Of a stretch of DNA of 64,000 nt, positions 12,892 to 24,800 are shown piece by piece. Source of the DNA: Owenia fusiformis (lineage: Eukaryota); assembly GCA_903813345.2 (NCBI GenBank), contig CAIIXF020000001.1, forward strand, positions 2,480,001-2,544,000, in the 5' to 3' direction. How positions within the stretch are numbered: the first letter of the stretch is position 1; every line of letters starts with the position of its first letter. The notes beneath the pieces are model-generated. The model searched no databases and was not told the origin of the DNA. It saw only the letters and a program-made list of their open reading frames with translations. The position numbers and the translations under genes are program-made.

Positions 12892-15800
12892 ATGTCTTCG
12901 TTTATGGGGCCTCATATGACCCTGCCCCACACAGCTGCCCAAGGTGCATTAGAGACTGCAGCACTCCTGGTGGACAAGCATCTAGTTGCTGATTCCAATT
13001 ATCTTGATCTCTCTGAACTACTTAAAGTTCCTTCACACTGTGAGTATGAAAAGCATTGTTTACATTATTGTATCCTGTTCCAGTCACAATGAAGGAAGGT
13101 TTTGTTTGAATGATGATGATCATCGGCCAATCTAAATAAGAACCAAGTCACACTATTCTAAACAGATTCACAAACCTTTCTGTGATCTCCCTATGTTTTT
13201 CAACATCACCGTCGTGATTCTGAGATCACTGCCTTTGATCCTCGCATCAATTACATTACATTGTACATGTATAATTTCTACATTAACTGCAATTCAGTGT
13301 TCCTTGTCTGGATATCTTGTATGTAGATATTACGCAATTTAACAACTTCTTATTTCAGCCCAGCCCAGTACAAGTGGTCAGCAAGACTTTGATTATCCCC
13401 AGTTAGCTGACCCAAGACTTGAACTAGGCTCTGTACCGGAACTTACCAACTTAAAAAAGGTACCTCTGCCCCCAGAGCTGGTTGAGCAGTATGGACGTAT
13501 CCTTTAAACAAGCATATATGAGCACTGTATTTTGTTAAACATATACACATGTTCTATAGAACACCTCTGTAAGTAGAACACTTCAGAGTTCAATTACCAA
13601 TTGACTTAATGTCAAATGGATCGCTTTAATAATACCTCCCAATTGGAACATAATTTAGAGGTACCAAATGTGTTCCATTTTTATGAACCTGAAGTTCTTC
13701 TTATATGATGTAATCAAATACATAAACATGAAGGAGCATCAGCATCAGCGGTAAACCAACTGGATACTGCTCCTTCTTGCCTGAAATTAATATTAAGGAA
13801 ACCATGAAAGTTTTGAAGGTTTAGTTTCTTCATCCAAATTGATAAAGTGAGAATTTTACACTCGCAATATGTTTCCTTGGGATAATGCACCTCACTTTTT
13901 CCTTGACGTCTCCCCAGACATGCAGTGCAATTGTCGTATGGGCTTGTTCCCAGAGATCAGCAGAGCATGGTTGACCATTGACAGTGACATTTTTGTATGG
14001 AATTATGAGGATGGGTAAGTATTTAAAGTTTTGCATAAAATTGTGTTTCTGTTGAAATCAAAATATTTTGTGTTTAAAACAGCTCTCTGACACCCAAATC
14101 ATCTGAAGTAAAGTACATTTTTGCCAAAAATGATTTTACGGGCTTAGTGAAATTGAATCATATCTAGTGAAATAACTGAATGAATGTAGCACAATATATT
14201 GTCAGTGTTGTCGCTCATGGATATGGACAATATCCACTCATGGATAAAAATGATATCCTTCAAATATCGTAGGATATCCTCTTTGTCCTTTTTGCTGTCT
14301 AGGTAATGTATTGTGTATTAATTGCTCTATATTTCCAGGCAAGACCTTGCTTACTTTGATGGCCTCAATGAGACTATACTCTCTGCAGGACTGGTCAAAC
14401 CAAAACCTGGTAATTCAATAATTCAATAGTTAATTCAGAAAACGATTACTTTATCTAGTACTAATTAACAGAAATAAGATGGAACACACTTATCTGAACA
14501 TGGAGTTAATGGACTTTAATACATTGTGAACCAGAAGGTCAAAATTTAAAGTTTCCCTTCAAGTACAGAAGAGATCCCCAGAAAACCATACAAAAAGTAA
14601 TCTTGCTGAATTGAGGCGCTGAGATCTCCAAATGTCGTTGTTAAAAAAAACAAATTGTGCATGTTTGCTGATGGTAAACAATGGATCAAAGCAATTGACT
14701 TTATAAACATACACAAAAAAAATTCTTTGTTTTATCAAATTTTTCCTTCCTAATTGTTTCCTATATAATAAACAAATTGTTGTTTTTCCAGGTATATTTC
14801 AGCCCCATATTCTCTACCTTTTATGCCTGTGTACCCCTGTGGATATAGTGTTACTGGGAGTGAGCTTCACAAAACCCTTTGAATGTAAGTTACCTAGCAA
14901 ATGTAGTGTTATTTTATTTAGTGCTTTTCTACATGGTATGGATACATTCATTCCTTCTACAAGATCAGGATATTAATGTAACATACAGTCTGTGTTTGTC
15001 ATAAGAATTTTAGCCATATTGTTAGAATGACAGAGTAGTCATAATATTTTCCGATATGTGCTGAAAGATAAAGCTATTCTGGCTTCATGACTTGCATTAA
15101 TGTTGCATCTTGCATAGCTCAAGCATATATGTATACAGGGTGATCCAGAAGTAGGATCAAAGATATTGCCATTTCATTTTCAAAACTACTCAAGTAAACA
15201 TCTTGAAATTGGGTACAGATGTTCCTCAAACATTACTGATCCTTAAGTTTTTTTGATTCAGTTATTTGATTGGATGAAATCATGGTTTCTATGGTAAAGC
15301 CATATACATATTGACTGTTGTAGCAAAGACAGCAGATCCTGGAAATGGTGAGATGCATCTTCTCCCCGACCCCTTATTCTCCATCCCAACAGACAACACG
15401 CATATCGTCAGTATACAGGGCGCTGCTTCAGGACGTATATTCATGGCGGGGAAAGATGGCTGTCTCTATGAGTTGTACTATCAAGTAAGGTTTTGTTTTG
15501 AATATATTTCAAGTAAGGTTTTGTTTTAATTATATTTCAAGTAAGGTTTTGTTTTATTTATATTTCAAGTAAGGTTTTGTTTTAATTATGATATGAAGTT
15601 TTGAGTATACTGGGCAAAATACTTGAGGGTCATGTTGATTTTTTGATATTTATCACTGTGTGTCTTGTTAATATGATTCTAGGCCAGGAGATGTGTGCAT
15701 GATTTACCATTAAAAACGCAGATTTTGTTTTATTTGATATCATTCTTTATACGAACTAGAATAACTTTGATATTCAGTTATTTTTTGCATTTCTTTTTCA

Positions 15801-18800
15801 AAAAATAATACGATTTCTGAAAAAGTCTTACCGCTGCCATCAATTTGTCCATCGATTTTGCAAGTCTTCTCGTACTTGATTTCAGCTCTAATATTTCTAC
15901 TTTTAGGCAGATGATGGTTGGTTCAGTAAGAAGTGCCGTAAAATCAACCATTCAAAGGGAGCATTGTCTTACATTATACCACAGTTCCTCAATTTCTCTT
16001 TTTCTGATGAGGGTAAGTTATACATTATTAGGGAATTTATCTGGAAGCTGAATGATGTTAACGTCTTATCACCCATCCACTAAACAAAAAGTGTTAGTAT
16101 GTAGAATATAATGCAAAACCATTTTACATTCATTTTCCCACCACTGGAAAACCTGTGTAATTCGTATGGCTCTGGGATTGGCCAAAAGTGTTCAAATTAG
16201 CAGGTGTTCGCATTTCAAGGATTTAAAAACATGTGAGTCAATGGGAGATAATAATATTGGGACTGAGAAAAAGTGTTCACATTGAGAGATGTTCAGACTA
16301 AAGAGGTGTTCAGATATACAGGTTTCACTGCATTGTGTATTTGTTTTAGATCCTGTTGTACAGATTAGTGTGGATAACTCAAGGAACATTCTTTATACAA
16401 GATCAGAAAAAGGCACAATTATGGTGAGTGTATAGTGTAGAAATGTTTATACACAATTAAAAAGGCACAATAATGTTGATTGGTCACTCTTTATTCACAA
16501 ATTAAAAGTATGTAGTTTTTGTAGTACTCAGTTCACCTACTCATGAGTAATACCTTGAAAATTCAAGCCTAGAATTACTAGAAAGAATGTCTCACGCAGA
16601 ATTTTCTGCAAGCAAATAATCACAATTAAAACGCTTGCATATTTTCTGATCTAATTTTAATTTCCCCAGTTTATATAACAAAAAAAAGTAAATGGTAGAT
16701 TTGGGAGGTATTTATTTACATATGAATGCAGATGTAAACAAACCTTTTAATTTGCATGATGATGTATAAATAGGCCAATGTAAAAGAATTCTTTTTCAAA
16801 GCTTGTTGATTTCTGACTTTAGCTTTATGACCTTGGTGCTGATGGCAAGGGGATGAACAGAGTAGCTGGTCTTGCCCAGAATTCAATCAGCCATCTTGCT
16901 GCACTGACTGCACGTACAGATAGATCTAACTTTAAACAGATTGTACATATTGCTGCACTGTCTCAGTCTGAGTCTAGAAATATTCATCTTGTTGCAGTCA
17001 CTCAAACAGGTACTTACAAAATATCTAGCATTTTTACAAATACACTAAAACTTATACTGTATACTGCCATATGTACATTACTTCCTTCATGATACATTAA
17101 TGCATACATCTCCAAAAGTTGTCAAAAATGTCCTCCTTAGGGTTAAAGTCATAATTGCAGAATCCTGTGACTGACAATGTCATTCCTGTTCTATATGATA
17201 GGCTTAATGTTAGTCACTTTGTATGAAATTATGCTGGTTTTAATACATGAAATGCTTCTGATTTTACAGGTGTTCGTCTATATTTTACAACCAATCCATT
17301 TGGTCAAGGTAACAATCGGCCATACATGCTCCAAATGGTGCATGTTCGCCATCCTCCAGGATTCTCTGCTAGTGGCGCCCCCATGAGACCAAGCAATGTG
17401 CACATGGCGCATTATGATAGAGGTGGGTTAAAGGACCCATGTAAAGTTTGAAAATAATTTACCATTTTTATGTCACCACCAAAAGTGGTGACATATTGTT
17501 ATGGTCTCCGTTTTTTTTGCGACGGCGGTTGGCGGTTGGTGGTTGGTGGTTGGAGGTTGGCGTCCGGCGTCCGGCGTCTGTAACAATTTCTTACAACTTC
17601 CTATAACTTAACAAATACTGTTTAGACTGACTTCAATTTTTTTCTAAATCATCTACATGTTCTCAGAAGTTCAAATCTGACTTTAGATTTGACATTTGAC
17701 CTTCAATGACCTTCTTAAGGTCAAAAAGGTCTTTTTTCAACTTGCTTCACATTTACTAAAATTTTTTTCAAAATCATCTACATGTTCTCAGAAATTCAAA
17801 TCTGACTTTAGATTTGACATTTGACCTTCAAATCTGACTTTAGATTTGACATTTGACCTTCAATGACCTTCTCAAGGTCAAAAAAGGTGAAAAAGGTCTG
17901 TTTTCAACTTGCTTCAAATTGACTAATACTGTTTAGACTGACTTCAATTTTTTTCTAAATCATCTACATGTTCTCAGAAGTTCAAATCTGACTTTAGATT
18001 TGACATTTGACCTTCAATGACCTTCTCAAGGTCAAAAAGGTCTTTTTTCAACTTGCTTCACATTGACTAAATTTTTTTTCAAAATCATCTACATGTTCTC
18101 AGAAATTCAAATCTGACTTTAGATTTGACTTTAGATTTGACATTTGACCTTCAAATCTGACTTAAGATTTGACATTTGACCTTCAATGACCTTCTCAAGG
18201 TCAAAAAAGGTCAAAAAGGTCTGTTTTCAACTTGGTTCAAATTGACTAAATTTTTTTTTCAAAATCATCTACGTGTTCTCAGAAATTCAAATCTGACTTA
18301 AGATTTGACTTAAGATTTGACATTTGACCTTCAATGACCTTCTCAAGGTCAAAAAAGGTCGAAAAGGTCTGTTTTCAACTTGCTTCAAATTGACTAAAAA
18401 AAATTTTCAAAATCATCTACGTTTTCTCAGAAATGCAAATCTGAATTTAGATTTGACTTAAGATTTGACATTGGACCTTCAATGACCTTCTCAAAGTCAA
18501 TAAAGGTCAAAAAGGTATTTTTTCAACTTGCTTCAAATTGACTAAACTTTTTTTTCAAAATCATCTACATGTTCTCAGAAATTCAAATTTGACTTTAGAT
18601 TTGACATTTGACCTTCAATGACCTTCTCAATGTCAAAAAGGTCAAAAAGGTCTGTTTTCAACTTGGTTCAAATTGACTAAATTTTTTTTTCAAAATCATC
18701 TACGTGTTCTCAGAAATTCAAATCTGACTTAAGATTTGACTTTAGATTTGACATTTGACCTTCAATGACCTTCTCAAGGTTAAAAAAGGTCAAAAAGGTC

Positions 18801-21800
18801 TTTTTTCAACTTGCTTCAAATTGACTAATTTTTTTTCAAAATCGTCTACATGTTCTCAGAAATTCAAATCTGACTTTAGATTTGACATTTGACCTTTAAT
18901 GACCTTCTCAAGGTCAAAAAGGTCTGTTTTCAACTTGCTTCAAATTGACCAAATTTTTTTTTCAAAATCATCTACATCTTTTCAGAAGTTCAAATTTGAC
19001 TTTACAAGTTCTCAGAAGTTCAAATCTGACTTTAGATTTGACCTTTGACCTTCAATGACCTTCTCAAGGTCAAAAAGGTCTTTTTTCAACTTGCTTCAAA
19101 TTGACTAAAAAAAATTTTCAAAATCATCTACGTGTTCTCAGAAATTCAAATCTGACTTTAGATTTGACATTTGACCTTCAATGACCTAACTAGGTGGTGA
19201 CATTTTGTCATGTTAATGCCTTGTATTTTTTTAATATTAATTACTAGTTGTTAAAAGAGTATTGAACATTTTTTTAAAAAAGTAAAATTTTATGACACAT
19301 TTTTCAAATATTTGAAATACACATTACACATCATTTTAAGCTATTGTTATTGTTACAACCTGAACTTTTCATATTTGTGAATGTTGCAGGTATGTTGGTC
19401 CTTGCATGTGCACAGAATGAAGAAGGCAATGTGAGGGATGTAGTATGGGGCATCAGTGCAGACTCTTTCCCATTTCAACAACAACTTATGGAAACTAGTG
19501 TAAGCATTTATCTGAAAAAATATAAGTTTTAAAACATTAAAGCAATCTGTAATTTCATTAAGAAGCTTGAAAATCATGCTCACTCAGTAATAAACTTCAA
19601 GTAATACCAGGGGTTAAATATGAAAATATGAAAATCTTGATCACTCAATGTATTCAATTTCTTTACTTGTAGACAACCTTACCAATAGAGAGCCACACAT
19701 GGGCTGTTACAGAGTCTGTAATACCCCAGGTACATGAGAGACTTGATCCTGGACAGAGCCCTAGTCCTAAGGCAGAGCCACCTTTAGTTGTTACTCAACA
19801 TATGGAAACTATGAGGAGAATTGTCTTACTCAGCTCACAAGTAAGATAACTTGTCATTGATTTTGTTACACAAACTCCAATTGAAAAAACAGAATGATCT
19901 CTACACATGTTTTTGATAAATTAGTATATCAATTAATTGAATGGGAACTGCCTTTTTGCTGGATTTCAATGATAAATGGTCAACATTCAGCACTTTTTGA
20001 ATTGCATAATCATGTTTTTTAGAAGAAGATTCTTGACTGGATTATTCCAATTCTTGTGTATATATATCGATATAATACTCCAACTTTGAATTGCAAAACA
20101 ATAGACAGTAGGTAAAATGCATGTTTCCAGGAATGAAGATGTTAAGAAAAAAACTACCCGTTAACATATACATGAATAGATACATGAATGTCCCAGAATT
20201 CTTGTTTTATGCCATGTAAAAGTTAAGTCTTCCCTGTATAATTACTCTCCATGTTGTTGTTAGGGAAGTCATCTTGTTACAAAGTTGCGTCCTGTAGACC
20301 AATTACGTGAGATTCTCATCAAGAGTCGAGGACCTGACACAGAGGAGGTTCGGGCCTTCTTTCAGCTACATAAGGTACGTGGGCCCAAGAGAAGGGTTGT
20401 TCATGGTTGGATTAAGTTCAGCACAGGTGATTACAAAATAACACCACACCTCAATCAGCAAATTCATTCAATCAGATCTACCTCTATATGGCTCTGAAAA
20501 GCGGAATTACAACTTCAAAAATAGATTTTTTAATTTTGAAAGGCAATTAATTTGCTACAGTGAGTAATTTTTTCTAAAACTACAAAACTATTTTAATGAA
20601 TCCCTCGTTTGTGACAGAATCTACCCTATCCTCCTATGTAAGGTCTGTTAAATAATTGACAATTGATTTTTGACGCATAAGTGTTGTATGATTGTAGGAG
20701 GCCCAGGCTTGTGCCACATGTCTTATCCTTGCATGCTCCAAGGCAGCAGTTGACCAGGAGATTGCAGAATGGGCAACAAGGGCTTTCTTCCTTTATGGTG
20801 GGGAACCCATATACAACATGGGAACTTCAGGACCCATGCAGGCCAGCACTTTAGGCCCAGCTGGACTACATAATACAACCTTTGGTTTGTACATTTACTT
20901 TATACATTGTTACGCTTGTTGTTAGAGATGCTCATGAGAAGCAATTTTTTATTAGTCTTTCTAAGAATCATTAGATAACTTTTGTGAACTGTGTTCGGCA
21001 TTCACTGGCATTCAACAGTCAGCTTCTGTAACAAATGACAGGTGGTGACATTTTGCATGTTAATGCCTTGTTGAAATGTTTAGTTTGAAAATGTTTGAGT
21101 ATTCTGAGAAATATGATAAAATCTGTAGATATCTCAAAAACATTTCTTATTAGGATGTGTTGAAAGTTTGATTCTTTTCTTTTTTGTCAATTCTACTCTG
21201 GTTGCTGAAACTAACTGTGTATTTTTAACTAATATTTATTTAGATTTTATATTATTTATTTGGTGAATTGTGGTACTAACAACTTATTAGTCAATCATTT
21301 ATTTAATTTGGGTGTGATGCTTTAATTATGAGAGTGGAAATATCCCAGAATTCATAGATGAACATCTCCTTGTAAATATGAACCATTTATCCCATTTATG
21401 AATTCTGGGATATTTCCTCCTGTTATTAATGAGATCTGGGTATTAATGTCTTTGTTTTGCCATGTTTAGCATGTGTGCTTCACTTCCTTTTGCTGCAGGT
21501 GCCACGCCCCACCCTGGGCACATGCCCCATGGTGGCAAAGTCTATAGCCCCTCAGTGTCTACATTTGCAACACCTGGACCAGGTACTGTCTAGCTTTTAT
21601 TCTATTATGATACACTCCCCTCCATAAGTGTGGAAAGTGGGAGTCTTCTTTTGGATCACTCAGCCTGTTTATGTATTGTGATTTAATTGATGAACAAAAT
21701 TAAGATACAATCATTGATAGGCGTTGATATGCTATCCAGTGAAAACTTCCCATTGCCAAACTTTAAGAGGGGAGTGTACATGTACAGTAAAATCTATGGA

Positions 21801-24800
21801 AATGTTGTTTTGATTTTGATGTTCAGTGTTCACTGTAGAAAGGTATTTACTGTTTACTTGCAAATGATTTACTGTGCACTATTCTGGCTGTTTTCTGTTG
21901 TTTTTCATTTGCTGTATGGGGTGTTCTTTGTGAGACATTATTAGATGTGTGACAAGATATATAACATTGTTTTCTGTCATAAAATACATCTATTGTTTTG
22001 GGCAGATTTATTTTGAATTTCTCTCTACTCATTGAGAACTTTTTCATTTCCAGGTGTGCCAAATCAGATGTCTACCCCAAACCCCAACTATCTGCCCCCT
22101 CAACAACAGCAGCAGCAACAGCAACAACAGAACCAAACATTCCCTCCCAATGTTAACCTGTTTGGTCAAGAAGTCACCTACTCAGGCAAACACAATGGAA
22201 TATGTCAATACCTTGCACGTATATTAAGGTATATTTATTGTACATATTGTAATTTTTTGTATAGAGACATTATTTAGGTTTTTGAAAAGGAATTAGTTAG
22301 TAATATGTATTTTGAAGTACTGTATCTAAAAACTGAGAAATTTGATTTGAAATATGAGAACTGGACTGAACTTTTTAATTGCAGGCCAATTTGGGAACAT
22401 AAAATTGTGCAAGATTTTTCTGTCACAAAGCCGAGTGAGCAATACACAGTGGTTGGTAGTACTCTCTCCGGGGAGGAGGTCAGCTGGTTCCTGGAGCAGT
22501 TGATTGGTCTCAAAGACTTCATACAGCTCAACTCTAAATTCTCATCACCCCTTGCAATAGACAGGTATATTTACTTGAAAGTAAATGCATTGTACAGTGT
22601 AAAACATGTTTAGTTCGTGAATGCAATTTTCAGAAATATTTTATCAAAGTTTCTCCATTGTTATTATTCTTGATGTAAGTGAAATTCACATGTTTTACAG
22701 ATCTATTTTATACAGATATTTGGCACGCTGAGTAAATTTTTAGGCAAATTTTTGGGACAATGTTGTTCATTGTGTGCCTTATTTGTCTTTCAAAGTTCCA
22801 TCTGCCTTTTGATCAACTTTAGTCTTCCATTGTTTCAGCCTGTCCATGTCATATTCTAGCACCACCCTACAGAGAAGTATGCTATCAGGGAGGGCAGACC
22901 AACAGATGGAAGACCAGCTTAGACGGAGATACCAGGGTATGTTCATTTTGGTCCATTTAGAGACATTGTCTGTTTAGTTGTTTGTTAATGAAAAGAGGAC
23001 AAAGTGACTAGGTTTTTTAATTGAAAAATATGTTAAAATGTTGAGCTAATTCTGAAATCCTAAAAAATGCAAAAAAAGGGTTTGACCAGACATATGACCA
23101 GAATAGTATAGTGCTACAGAGAATTAATTTATATGAGCCTTAATATATAATTATGGACCAACTCTTAGATTTAGCCACATAAAGAAGCTGTGGGATCTGT
23201 GAAAACTTATAAAACTGTGATGTGTAGTACATTAAAAATGGAGGAAAATATGATGCATGAGATTTACCATTGATTTAGCAACAGAGATTAACTGGTCCCA
23301 TTTAATAAATATGTCAGATTTAAGTTCTCATTGCTTTATATACAGCTGAGGCAACTGGTCAGGAGAAGTTCTCTCTTCAACAAATCCAAGATCTCATAAT
23401 GAAAACATGTGAAGTTCTTGGTCTCTGGAAGATATTATGTGAGCATCAGTTCCATCTATTAGCAGCTTCTCTAACTGAGGTAGGTTTTTGGCTCATTTAA
23501 CTCTTTCAACTAGATGCTTTACTCATTAAGGAAGCTCTTTAACTAAGGATTCAAATTTCTCTTAGCCACTAGTAAATGAGTTTGGTATTTTAACTAAGGA
23601 TTATATATACACGATGATTGGATGATTCCACATCTAAGCCATCTTATTCATTAAGTCCAAAATTGATATTAACTGCAATTCATCAAATATGAACCTGTAT
23701 TGTGGTACAGGAACTAAAGAAAGAAATGTTATTCCAAATCCCCAATCATTCATGGAAAATTGAATAAATGAATCAAAATAATTGTGTTTTAGGATCAAAG
23801 GAAGCAGTTGAGGTCTATGACATTCAAGCAGATGGTGGTCAGCGGTACTGAGGTATGGATTCATTTTATTGTAATAGTCTTGCTTCTGGTTAGTTTTCTG
23901 GTTGCCAGAAGGTAGAGGGGCTGGCAGATATTTCAAGAAAAAAGATATGACAGCTTTCACTATTGTGGAGAAGTCTCAGGGGGAGGGGTGGTTATAACTG
24001 TAACCATTGTTAAAGTCCCAAGTTGTTCGTCTTACAATTCATTTCATTTATCATCTATTATTACAGATAACTGCTGCTATGATCACATGTCTGGTAAATC
24101 GTTACCTTGGAGATAACGCTACAACAGATGCCATCAGTAGTAGGCTGAGGGAAGTGGCGCCATCTTTGTATAGTGTGGAAGATGCAACCTGCTCAAAGGC
24201 AAGTTAAGATTTTCTGTTTATACTCATCAGGCATTATTAACAAATGAGCTGTGGAAATCTTAAACTAAGTGTAATACTATAAATAACTGAATCCTATGGT
24301 TTCCCTTATTTTAGGCTCATGAACTGGTGCAGTCGGCTAAGCTGTTGCAGAACAAATATGACAAAGACAAAGTTCTTAAGGAATCTCTCCAGGTGGGCAC
24401 TTTACACAATAATTATACTACAGTGGTGTTTTTTCACTCAGTTGGTGAGCCAATATAATCCCAACTTAACCAGGTCATCCGTCTCTCTGTCTTTCCATCC
24501 ATCAATTTTTAGACAAAGAAATTTCCATTCTATTCACCTGAACAAAGGCTCATATTTATTTTTTGTGGCCCATGTTTGTACTTAATATCCTGGCTTCTAC
24601 CTTTGCCTTGTTTTGAATAAATCCACTTTTTATCACTCAACACCCTTGTCATGTGTCCTGAAATTATCTTGTTTAGTTTTTGGACATGCTGGGTGAATTT
24701 AAAGGTGGCCATTTTGGAGTTTCCATCCATTTTATAATGTATTACGAGGGGTGATCAATAAGTAATGGACATTTTTTTACACAGATACTTTTTATAGACC

